Assembly: GCA_004431415.1 (NCBI GenBank) | Contig: QPMI01000551.1 | Span: forward strand, 1-64,000 | Length of the DNA: 64,000 nucleotides | DNA from: Cyanophora paradoxa CCMP329 | Taxonomy: Eukaryota; Plantae; Glaucophyta | Direction of reading: 5' to 3' | The notes under the pieces: model-generated | What the model was told of the DNA's origin: nothing | Databases searched by the model: none | The model's input: the letters and a program-made list of their open reading frames with translations, nothing else | Shown: piece by piece, positions 26,856 through 37,976 of the stretch | Position numbering within the stretch: position 1 is the stretch's first letter | Layout of the letters: each line of letters begins with the position of its first letter | Made by a program: the position numbers and the translations under genes

Positions 26856-29806
26856 AGTAGTCCAGTCATTGTTAGAGTTCCAGTGATTCTTGCGGATCCA
26901 GTGACCAGCGTATTCCCAGAAATATCGACAACAAAGGTATTGAAACGTACATTGATTCCCCCATTTGCGTTCAGGAGGCCGGTCATGGTCACGGTGCCAG
27001 TTATTCCACTTCTTCCGGTGACCAGCATGTTTCCGCTCATGTCTAATGAAAGCTTGTTGACCATCACGTTGAGACCTCCGTCGGCGTTGAGGAGCCCGGT
27101 TGATGTGACGGTACCTGTAATGCCGAGCCCGCCAGTCGATAGAACATTTCCAGACATGTCGACTACGAATCTGTTGGAGAGTAAGTTAAGACCTCCGTTA
27201 GCATTCAGCAGGCCCGTCGAAGTCACAGTTCCTGTTATCATGACCAGCCCGGTCACGAAAGTGTTCCCAGATGTATCGACGACGAACTTGTTCCTCAGCA
27301 CGCCGAGACCTGTGGATGTGTTGAACCATCCGGTTGCGTTCACGTCTCCGGCTGGACTGATAATAATCCTGCACAGCGAATATTGACAAGAGTCTCGAAG
27401 GCTAAATGGGATTACAAACGCACCTGTCCGTATTTATCGTAATCGCAGAAGTAGAGTTCGTGGTGGTGAACAAGTGCATTGAGCTGGCATTCATTACCAA
27501 CAAACCAGTCCCGCCACCTTTGAGCGGTCAGGAAGAGGACGGGCTTCGTATTGTCTTGAACGACGTACCCGCAAACATTCTTAGGTCAAAATTGGGAGCG
27601 GTCCGCACGTTGAGTGCCGCCGAAACACGAAGCTCGTATTCCTGCTCTGGTATCGTGGAATTCGTGGAAGTGTTGGTTGCAGTAGCAGTCCCGTTGAGAG
27701 CCGTAGCAGTCCCGTTCACGGTGCCGTTCCCTGCAGCCAGCGTAGGCCAGGGAGAAGGCGTGGGTAGAACAAAGGTCCGCTGTATTCGGGACAGGAAGAG
27801 TCCGGTTGCGTTCTCAGAACGCTCTGCCCCAGGAGACATGCGTATGAAACCTGTTGATGTCAGGTGCATGCCGCTCGAAACAGCATCAGCAGTCATCGTC
27901 GTGCCGTTGAGAACAAAGCCTTCAATCTGCAAGCACGAGAAGATGAGATCGAGGCGGGGCTGAGAAGGGACATTTTCAGGCAGAATTTGCGCACTGTAAC
28001 TGCTCGAGGTCCGCCGCCTGCATCAATACGAACACCGCCAACGTGGTGTACGTAGAGGGTCCTATTCACAGAGACGCTCGTGATGACGCTCTTGGCAATC
28101 GTTACCTGAGGAGAGATATCGATCATTGAAAAGCTCAAACAAAGGGCGGCAAGGGAGGGGCGTCGAGAGAGCATAGGGGGACTACAGGCGCGAGAAAGCA
28201 TGTGAGGACCAGAAAGGAAATAATGAGTCCGGGAAGACGGGCGGGCGGGCGCTGGAGGGAGGGAGGGAGGGGCGGTGGGGGTAAGGAAGGGGTTGGGGCG
28301 AGAGGGGGGGGGGAGGAGGGGGGAGGAGGGGGAAGGGAGGGGAGGGGGCCGGGAGGAGAAGGGGGGGAGGAGGAGGGGCGGGGGGGGGGGGGGGGGGAGG
28401 GGGGGAGGGAGGGAGGGGGGGGAATGTGGGGACGAAGAAAATCTAGGCCTGGCGGGGCTTAGTGGGGGCAAAGGGCTCAGTTTCTGGATTCGGTTGGGAG
28501 GAAGGGAAGGGGAAGCTTTGAACGAGCAAAGAAGGACGACGTAAAGGCAGAAGCGATTGCAGAGAGTTTGGAAAGGCCGTGTTTGACAGGTGTGGTAGTC
28601 GGAGAGGAAAAGGCTTAATGACAAAATGAGCGGCGCACGTCATCTAGAGCCTGCAGGGGGGCATCAGAAAGCGCGTGGAAGATAAGCGTGAAAGAGGGCT
28701 GACCACGACGCCGGTTCCGGTGTTGACAAGAGATATGCTTCCGTTCTCAGCTGTGGAGCGAATGGTGATGTTTCCGTTCGCGGCGAGTAGGAACGGCTCA
28801 ACGCCTGCGAGTCACACTTGTCAGTGTGGCGCGCAGCTGCGCCCTCTGGTGGCGCTTCGGGCGCACATGTTATGTTTGCGCCTCCTATTGTGACGGAGCC
28901 AACAGTGATGGTGCTCGACGTCAGATGAAGGCTCGCTGCGCGTGGACAGGTCAGCGAGCGGCCTCGCGGAAACCGAGGCGGTCCTCGGGACGCCGAAACT
29001 CTTCAGACGCTTCTGGGAATGAAAGAAAAGAGAAATGGACGGAGTGAAGCACGCGAGGGGGCAGAGAGAGGGGCGAGGACAAGGCGTGAAGCTTAAGAGC
29101 CACGGAGGTTGTTCGAGCGGGTTGAGACGAACGGAGGTCGGCGAAAGCCAGACAGGGCCTAAAGTGCGCTAAATGTGATCAGAAGCGCGCACCGAGGAGC
29201 TGGATTGTCCCCGTGGGACTCGTAAGAGCTAGAAAGCTGCCAACCTGGGCCTGCGCTCCGGGAAAGAGGCGAGGTCAGTACGGAAAGGAATCAAGCGTCC
29301 GAAAAGAGCGGTATGCGATGTTAGAGAGCGACAGAGTGCCAGCAAAACGCGACGCACCGCCACAGTCCCGGAGATTGCGACCCAGATCGAGGTATCGTTC
29401 TCGCGGCCAATTGTCGTGTTGCCAGTTACGTAGAGGCCCCTCTTGGGGGCGTTCGCGAGCTCGAAGTATCCTATTTGGGTGTTCTCTTGTATCTGCGATG
29501 CGCAGGCGTTACGCGCGGTCGCCGACTAGCGAGCGCTGAACGAAGCCTCTCTGGCGGCGCACCGTCACGTTACCGCTAGAGGACACTGCGCGCGGGTTGC
29601 AGGGATGAGTGCTCGACTGATGCGAAGCGTGCAAGGCGTTGCGCGCGCTAGAGCCCTAGGCACAGGGGCGGGAGGGCAGCCACGCGGCGGGACAGACCTG
29701 TGATCCAAGCGGCCGCTGGCGATGCGACCCAAAGCAAGAGCACGACAACGATGAGGGTGTGCCCTACACTAAACCCTCCAGCTGAGCTCGCGGCTTTGGG
29801 CGCCAT
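1..29806 (-). CDS. Giant secreted beta-repeat (fibre-like) protein, >9,000 aa, 3' end outside window
   Basis: GT-AG exons traced at 29806-29698 (MAPKAASSAGGFSVGHTLIVVVLLLWVASPAAA|WIT, signal peptide), 29585-29563, 29492-29358, 29250-29193, [29158-~28970 junctions unresolved], 28935-28867, 28804-28704, 28650-28639, 28105-27995, 27926-27569, 27517-27424 and 27368-<1. Phases are consistent at all resolved junctions. The last exon runs through diverged repeats into the array (ORF 25364..27343). Frameshifts in the array are interpreted as sequencing indels. Confidence 0.8.
28228..28445. repeat. Purine/G-run low-complexity tract inside an intron of the giant gene
   Basis: Long G and GA runs on the + strand, within the intron 28106-28638. 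Confidence 0.7.
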
Positions 29807-30337
29807 GAGTTTTCAAAACGCGATCCGAGCCAAGCCTGCTCGGGAGATTGCTTCTCTTGATGTGCCAAGCCCTAAACTAGCTTAGCTACAACTATCTGTT
29901 GCTTGGCTTCGAAGCCATTCGTCCCGCTGGCTTCGCCCTCCAAGGTGATCGAGCTGGGCTTCCCGCTTCACGGTTTCGAGAGTGGAAGCAGCTTCCAAAG
30001 TAGCTAGCACTTTCCAGAGTATATGGCGCCCTTGAAAGAAGGCGGGCCGCGTGCGCTCTTGGGGGGTACTGATTCAGTGCGGTGCAAGCCCTTCCGACAG
30101 TCGATGTGGCTTATGACGACCAGACTGGCCCGAATTCGAAACTGAAGCTTGAAACTTTAGTATCTCGTCGCAAGTAGCGCACATGAACGGCCGCCCGCGG
30201 CCGTGGCCGTGCGTACGAGCCACCTCAGCAACACTCTAGCGCTAGCCCCTGGGCGACCTGGCTTTTGGATGGTTCTCACTGCGGTGCTGCAACCTGTACT
30301 GCACAAGGAGCTAGCGCTCGGGAGAGCGACAGACAGC

Positions 30338-33300
30338 TCACGAGCTAGACTCTGCGATTGCCGCCTCCGCCTCCGGGATGGCCGCGGCGGGGGGCGCGTC
30401 GCCCTCCGCGAGCGCCAGGGCGCTGCAATCTACGGGGAGGACGGGCGCCGGGGGCGGCGGGGGCAGGCCCTCCTCCCCCTCCGCCTCCGCCTCCGCCTCG
30501 GCCCCGACGGCCCCCTCGGGAATGGACTCCACAAGGGTGCCCGAGTCCGCCTCCTCCGCGCCGTCCGGCCCCGCGTGGCCGCCAAGACGGCCCAGCCTCT
30601 GCACGAGGGACGCCTGCAGCGAGTCCAGGGCGCCCGACGCGCCGTGCGCCGCGGCGTCGCCCGCCTCCGCCGCGCGCGAGTGCGCCTCCGCAGCCGCGTG
30701 GGACGCCGCGTCGTGCGCGGCCTCGGCCGCCGCGTGCGCTCCGCCGTGCGCCGCCTCGTGGGCGTCGTGCGCCGCGCCTTCCGCGGCGTGTGCGGCACTG
30801 TGGGCGGCGTGGGCGGCATCTTCCGCGGCGTGGCCCGCCGCGCTGCCCTCCCGCGCCGCGGCCGCGAGGGCCACGTCGGCCAGCGACTGCGCCCCGTGGC
30901 CAACCTCGCCCCGGTGGGAGGTCGCCGGGTCCCCGCCGCCGGCGTGTGGGCGGCCGGAGTGACCCCTGCGGCCGGCGTGTGCGCCGCCGGCGTGTGCGCG
31001 GCCGGGGTGCTGGCGGCGCTCAGGCCGCGGGCCGCCGCCGCCGGCGCGAGGTGCGAGGCCGCCTCGGCAACGGCGGGCACGGGGAAGCGTCCCCCCGAAG
31101 CCGAGCCTGCTTAAGAGCTGCGCGCGGGGCGGTCAGGGGCGCCGGCGAGCGGCGGGCGGGCGGGCGGGCGGGCGGGCGGGGGCGCACGTCGGCCTTGAAC
31201 TTCTCGTCGACGGCGGAGGCGTGCGAGGCGAGGGCCGCCGCCGCGTTCGGCTCCGGCGTCGGCGCGGGGCCGCCGGGTGCGGGTGCGGCGTCGGCGCCGC
31301 CGCCGCCACCGCCGCCGCCGCCACTGCCGTCTCGCGGGGCGTCGAGATGGAGACTTTGGGCGTCGCATCCACGCCAGCGCCCGCCGGCTTCGCGGGCGTA
31401 GAGGGCGCAGCCGCAGCCGGCACCGGCGCCGCCGGGGCCGGCGCCGGCGCCGGCGCCGGCGCCGGCGCCGGGGCAGGAGTGTGCACCGGGGCGGGGCGGG
31501 CGCGGGCGCGGGGGCCGGGGCCGGGGCCGGGGCGGGTGCGGGCGCCGGATCGGCACGGGGGTCGGCGCCGGGGCCCTGGGAGGGGGGCGGCGTGGGGCGC
31601 CGCGGCGGCGCGGGCCGGGGCGGGCGGGGGCGCCTTGAGGGCGACCCGCGTGCTGGTCTTGCGGACGACCTCGAGGGCGGCGTTGAGGGCCGCGTTCTCG
31701 GGCTTGGCGGCCCCCTTGAAGAGGTCCCGCAGGAGGCCGTCGTACGGCTTGCGCTCCTTGGCCGCCCGCTCCTCGAGCCGCATGCGGGCCCGCTGCCAGA
31801 GCACCCAGCCGCCCGTGATGCGGAACTTGGGCGCCGCCGAGCGGAAGCTCCGCGAGGACGGCGCGCCGGCGGCCGCGCCGCCCTCCCGCTTGTTCGGGAT
31901 CAGCGAGCGCTTGCTCCCCGTCGCCCCCGCCGGCTGCGCCGACGAGGGCGGCACGACGCCGGCGACCGCCGCGCAGGCCGCGTTCACCGCGGCCGCAAGG
32001 CCCAGGATCCAGACCTGCGGGGCCGAGTTCAGGGCGCGGGGCGCGCGGGGCCGCGGCGGGGCGCGCCTTGAGCGAGTGCAGGTCGCTCGCGGCTAGGTCC
32101 AGCGTCCGGTTCGGGAGCTTCAGGGCGAAGCAGAGCCACGGCTCGTCCTGCGCATGCCCAAGGCCTGAGCCGGGCGGCCCGGGCGGGGCGGGGCGGGGCG
32201 GGCGGGGCGGGGCGGGGCGGGGCGGGGCGATGCGGCGGCGCACCGTGACGGCCTTGCGCTGCAGGACCTCGGTGCGGCGCCCGTAGATGATGTCCTGCAC
32301 GTCCAGGAGGCTCACTGGCGGGTGCCCGGATGGTGAGCGGCGGGTCGCGCGCAGAGCAGCGGAGCGGAGCGCCGGCGCCGGCCGCGCGCACCCTTCCGGG
32401 CGCCCACGCCGATCGCGCCGCCCCACACGAGGTCGAGCCCGTCCTGCGCGGCGCGCCCCGGCGCGTCGGACGCCGAGCTCGAAGCGGGCGGGCGGGGCGG
32501 GGCGGGGCGGGGCGGGGCGGGGAGCAGCGCACGCTGGAGACGGAGAACCACTTCTTCTTGCGGCCCTCCTTCTTGAAGGAGTACTTGTGGAGCTCGCCGC
32601 CCCAGTGGAGGGCGGTGAGGTAGCCCATCTCCTCCTGCCGCGCGGCGGCCGCCAGCTCGCGCCGCCGCGCGATGCGCTCCAGCGAGGCCTTCTCGAACGC
32701 GAACTTGGCCTTGTCGAAGCGCGCGCGCCGCCGCTCCTCCGCCCGCGCCCGCGAGAGCGCGTAGAGCGCCGCGCTCGCGCCCTCGCCCGCCCCGCCGGCG
32801 GCCGCCGGGGCCGCCCGCGAGGCCGCCTTGGCCGCGCCGGCCGCGCTCTCCTCCGCGGCGCGCGCGCGCGCCTCGGCCGCCGCGGCCCGCGACTGGGCCT
32901 CGGCCGCCGCCGCCTCCGCCGCGCGCAGGCGCTCCTCCAGGAGCCGGGTCGCCTCGTCGGCGCGGATGCCGGCGGTCTCGGCCGCGGCGCGCGCCGTGGC
33001 GGCCGCGTGCGCCTCCGCCTCGGCCGCCGCCGCCCGCTCCTCCGCCCGCCGCAGCTCCTCCTGGACGCCCTCCAGGGTCGCCGCCAGCGCCGCGTGCTTC
33101 AGCTCGAGGGCCGGATCGCCGCCGGCGCCGGCGCCGCCGTCGCCGCCGGCCTCGCGGGCGGCCGCGAGCTGCTCGAGCTGCGCCCGGGCCTCGGCGAGCT
33201 CCTCCTCGGCCTCGGCGCGCGCCTGGTCGCTCTGGGCCTTGTACGCCTCGAACTCGCGCGTGAACTCCTCCAGCGCGTCGTCCCGCTCGCGCACGGCCTG

Positions 33301-34359
33301 CGAGAGGAGCGCCACCTGCTCGTCCAGGTCCGCCCGCGCCCGGTCCGAGGCGTCCTTGTCCTCCAGGATCTTGGCCGTCTCGTCCTTGATCTGGTTCATG
33401 AGCGCCACGAGCTGCTGGAGGCGGCCCTCGGCCAGGTCCCGCCCCTCCTGCGCCTCCGCCAGGCGGCCCTTCAGCTCCCCGTTCTCCGCCTCGAGCTCCG
33501 CGCAGCGGGCGACGGCCTCCGCCGAGAGGCCCAGGCCCTGCGCGCCGCCCTTCTCGGCCTCCTCCAGCGCCCCCTTGAGCGCCGCCGACCGCGCCTCGGC
33601 GCCGGCCAGGCTCGCGGCGACGTCCGCCGCCGCCCTCTCGGCCGCCACGGCGCGCGCCTCGGCGGCCTCCAGCGCCTCCCGCTGCTCCGCCTGCACCGCC
33701 GACTGCCGCGCCGAGTTAGCTTGGCGTGGCGGGGCGGGGCGGGGCGGGGCGAGGCGGGGCCGGGCGTCGGCCCACCTGGGCCGCGGCGATCTCGGCGAGC
33801 TCAGAGAGGGCGCGCTGTTCGGCGGCGCGGGCCTCGGCGAGGGCCACCGCCTGCCGCTCGAGCTCCGCCGCCGCCTCGTCCGCCGCCTGCTGCAGCAGCG
33901 AGCACGTTCCCTCCAGCTGGTCGCAGCGCGCCTGCAGCTCCGCCTTCTCCGCCGCCGCCGCCTCGTCGAACTCGACCGAGCGCGCCGGCGCCGGCACCTG
34001 CGCCGCCGCCGCCGGCAGCGTCAGCGAAGGGTTTGTGGTCGTGGGGGGCAGGGGAGGGGTCGCCCGCACGTCGCGCCCAGCGGACATCTGCCGGGGAACG
34101 GGCGTCAGGGCACGCGCGAGAACAAAGAGGGCCGAGCGCGCCTTCCTGAATTTGATCTCGCGGGCGACGATGAGGGCCTCGAGGCGGGCGACCTTCTCCT
34201 CGGCGCCGCGGAGCTTGCTGAGGCCCTGCGGGTCCTGCTTCGACGTCCGGATCGAGTTCAGGAGGCTCCGCAGGTCCGAGGCCACGTCCCGCAGGTACAG
34301 GTCCTCCTCCGCCCGCTCCGCCAGCTGCACCCGCCACCCGGCGTGAGTGGAGGGGCGGG

Positions 34360-34395
<36 letters not shown>

Positions 34396-36716
34396 GGCGG
34401 GAAGGGCGGCGGCTTCGCACGTTGGCGGGCTCCTCGACGGGGGGCTCGTAGGAGATCTGGAGGCGGACCTCGGGCTGCGGGTCGAGGCGGTCCTGCGACG
34501 GCGCCGGCGGCGCGTGCGTGAGGCGGGGGCGCGCGTCCGCGGGCGGGCGGGCGGGCGGGCGGGCGGGCCGCACCGGCCGCCGCCGACGGCGTGGGCGACG
34601 AGGCCGAGGGGCGCCCAGAACTCGGCGCCGCCCGCCTCTGCCGCCTCCTCCAGGGAGATCAGGCCCTCGGCGCCGGGATCGCCGGTGGGCGTCAGGAGCA
34701 CGATCTGGATGCGGGCGCTGGGGTCCTCGATGTCCAGCGCCGGCGCCGCCTCGCGCGCCCCGACCGAGGTCCGGTACAGCTCCGAGCCGAGCGAGACCTG
34801 GACCTGGGAGGAGAGCGTGGCCGGCACGTTCCTCGCCTCCAGAACGTCGACGTGGATGCGCCCGCGGGCCTCGAAGGCCGGCAGGGGCGCCCGCGGGCCG
34901 GCGGCCGAGAGCCCGTTCGCCAGGCTGCGGCTGGCCCCCGACTTCTGGGCAGAGCCGGCGCGGCCGCCCGGGCTGCGGAGCCCCGCGTCGCCGGAGGTCG
35001 CCTTGCGCTGCGGCGTGGAGGGGGCCGAGCCAGACCCGCCGCGAGCTGCGCGGGAGGGTGGGCCGTCAGCGCCGGCGCGGGCGGAGGCGGAGGCCGGCGG
35101 GGGGGCGGCTCGCACCGACGGCGGGCGCGGACTTGGGCCCAGGCACGGCGTCGATACGAAGGTGGATCTCCCCGCGAATCTGCGGCGGGCGGGCGGACGT
35201 TGGCGCCGCGCGGGGCGGGAGGAAGTAGGCGCCGCGCCGCCGGAGAGTGCGGCGCACCTCATTGACGGCGGTGCCGGAGCCGCCGATGACGGTGTACCAC
35301 TCGTCGCGGGTCGAGCCGCCCCGAAGGGACGAAACGTTGACGACGGCCTCGCCCAGGTACTGGCCCTCAGCCGTCGGCGAGGCCGCCTCGAGGATCGTCA
35401 CGACGAGGAAATCGTCGCTGTCCTGCACGGGCAGGTCCAGCGCGTCGCCCCAGCGCGGGTCCGCAGAGGCCAGCACCGCGCCCGTCGCGCCTGCCGGCAC
35501 GGGACGCTGAGAAGAGGAAGGAAAAGGAAGGGAGGGAGGGAGGGGGGCCGGGATCGGACCTTCGCGGCCGCCGAGGCGGACGGTGGCGTGAAGGAGAGAG
35601 TCGGGGTTCGACGGCGTGAGGTCGCGCGCCTGCACGACGGTCACGCGCAGCACGTCGCCGGGCTTGACGGGGACGAGGCCCTCCGACGGTTGCTGCGGCG
35701 CGGTTGAGCGGCGGCGAGGAGGCGCGAAGGCGGCGGCGGGCGCGAGGAGCACCAGGGGCGGGCGCGGCGGCGTGGGCAGGGCGTCCGAGGCTGGGCTGAG
35801 GACGGGGATGGCCTTCATTGGGCTGGCCACCGGCGTGGTCATGACGCTGCTGGCTGCGGTCGGTGCGTACGAGTACGACGGCGGCCGGCGGAGCGGTGGC
35901 GAGTCGGGGCCGTCGGGCTGGGCCGCGCGGACGGTGCCGCCGAGGAGGTCCAGCGAGCGAGCCACGGGCGCTGCCGCCTGCGAGGGCGTGGAGGCCTGAG
36001 ACACCGTCTTGGCCGGCTGGGCCTCGTCCTTCGTCGACGACTCGGAGGGCGCGTCGGGCGGCTGCCAGAGGACGGTGGAAGAGGACGGCTTCCGCATGCC
36101 CGTGACCGGCACGGGCGGGACGGCGGTGCCCGACTCGAGGAACGGAGAAACGAGCCGCCCGATCGTCTTCTTGTCGCCAGAGGCGGCCAGCGCGCTGACC
36201 AGGTCCTTCGCCGGCGAGCTGGTGGCCTCCGCCATGCGCGCCACCTTCGTGTGCACCGGAGGGGGCGAAACGGTGCCCTTCCGGCGCACGCCCGGAGGCG
36301 GAGACACGGACTTCTGAGTCGGAGCCGCCTCCGCCTTTTGCTGCGCTCGGTATTAAGGGAAGAACCGCGATCTGAGCTCGGAGAGAAGGACGGACCTTGA
36401 GCATCAGCATACGCTGCGAAACCGACAATCCACCCTTTCAAGAAGCATTAGCACTCGGCGCAGCCATACGCGGATTCCGAAGTCGAGGCGTGATCTTACC
36501 GTCCGAGGCGACGACTCCTCCAACTGCGGGGATCGAGGAGCTCCACCGGACCTGCGAAACAACAGCGATAGATCAACCATCAGCCCTCAGGCCTCAGAAG
36601 AGCTGCGCCTGCGAGGGGGGATTGACTGACATCTGTCGGCCGCGAGACGGCCCACTATCCGCGCCGGTGGAGCCTCGGGCCTTCGCAGCCGCAGAGCTTG
36701 CGACTAGGTCGCGCAT
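30338..36716 (-). CDS. Multi-exon protein with two C2 domains, a long coiled coil and a PH domain
   Basis: C2 #1: DVLRVTVVQARDL...DPRWGDALDLPVQDSDDFLVVTILE...YLGEAVVNVSSL...DEWY|IRGEIHLRI. C2 #2: RGRIHVDVLEARNVP...EVRLQISYEP. An E/A/R heptad region spans about 34300-32630. PH-like segment: GGELHKYSFKKEGRKKKWFSVS|DGLDLVW|DVQDIIYGRRTEVL|PWLCFALKLPNRTLDLAASD|VWILGL. The start codon is tentative. Confidence 0.8.
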
Positions 36717-37976
36717 TTTGCAGAATCCGAACTAGCCGGGCAGCTCTGAGACTGCCGGCTGGTGCGTCTGTTTGAAGTCGCTGGGGTAACGCGCCGCCAG
36801 CGACCTCGTTTCGTTGTTAGCTCGCGATCGGAGCTAGGCTAGCGCTGACCAGCTGCTGGGCTCCACCGCAGCTTGGCGCGCGTCTGCCGGGGTACAGGGA
36901 GGAGATGAAGTGGTCCAACTGCTGCGGCCTTGCGGCGACCGAGCACACGCACGGCGTGCAAGCTCCAGCCGCGGAGACATCCGTAACCAGTTGCGGTCCT
37001 CGTAAGATCCCCTTCTTCGCTGCTTGCAATTGACAGGTCCCGCGCAAGTCCAGCGATGTCGGCGCCTCCGCGAGCCCCAGAGAGCGTGCGGAGAAGGGGG
37101 TTTGCACCGAGGAAGCCCCAGTGGGCGAGCTGGCGCCTCCTTCGAAGCAGGCCTAGGTCGGCCTGTCTAGATCTGCATGAGCTCTGCGCGTCGCGGCTGA
37201 TCGCGCGTCGCAGATGATCGCGGCGTGTGATCGAGCGCACAGTCACCGGCAGATAGCCGAGGCGGCGTCGTGGCATACGCACCGCTTGCAGCCGCCGCCG
37301 AGCGCAGCGAGCGCACAGCGCAGTAGGCGAACGGATCCCGGAGTTCGTCAGCAGTATCGGCTATGCTTCTCTCAATAGGCTTGCCGTCTACCTTCACAAC
37401 GGCGCGATGGGCGCGCGGCTCTCTGCCCGGCGCCGGGCCTCCCCGCCCGTTCCGGCAGCCGAGCCGCCGCCGAGCGCGGCGGACGGTGAGCGCGGCGGAC
37501 CAGCGCGGCAGGCCTAGGCAACCGTGACGTCTTCCTTCCCACCGTCGAACGCACCTGCGCCTCCGATGCTTAAGCTTGTGCGTCTCGTTCCCGTCCGCGG
37601 ACGCGCCTCGCCCATCTGACCCGGCACCGCCCGCCCCCCGCGGCCGCCAGATCCCGCAGCTGCAGACCCTCTCGCCAGGCCTGCCGTTAACGTTCGCCTT
37701 CCTGGCTTGCCACGTACAGGCCCGGGCCGGGCCTCCCGGGCCCCGCTCGCTCCTTCCTCCGCTACCCGCCGGGCCGGCCCTCGCGAGCTCTCCAGGCCTG
37801 CTAGCTTTCTGCGCATGCGCCACAAGACTAGGACCGGTACCCGCCTTCCGGGCTCGCCGACTCGCTCAGCGATACCGATGTATCTATCCTTTGCTCAAAA
37901 ACATGTCTCAGAGTCTGTTGACGGCTTCGCCGCGACTAGCTGTACACAGGCCGCGGCGGCGGCGGCGGCCCGCGGC

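Noticed and set aside
57-26860. Many long + strand and alternative-frame ORFs (e.g. 8200..14145, 1981 aa; 24243..26594)
   Set aside because: These are shadows of a stop-poor GC-rich repeat. They switch peptide type at each indel and do not continue into the diverged units with a conserved, spliceable N-terminus.
30203-35707. Long + strand Arg/Gly/Ala-rich ORFs (e.g. 32828..35707, 959 aa)
   Set aside because: These are antisense shadows of the very GC-rich minus-strand C2/coiled-coil/PH gene.
36850-37900. Possible small + strand spliced gene between the C2-PH and FtsX-like genes
   Set aside because: Some intron-like signals are present (gtaaga...tgacag at about 37002-37036), but I could not build a consistent reading frame or recognise a domain.
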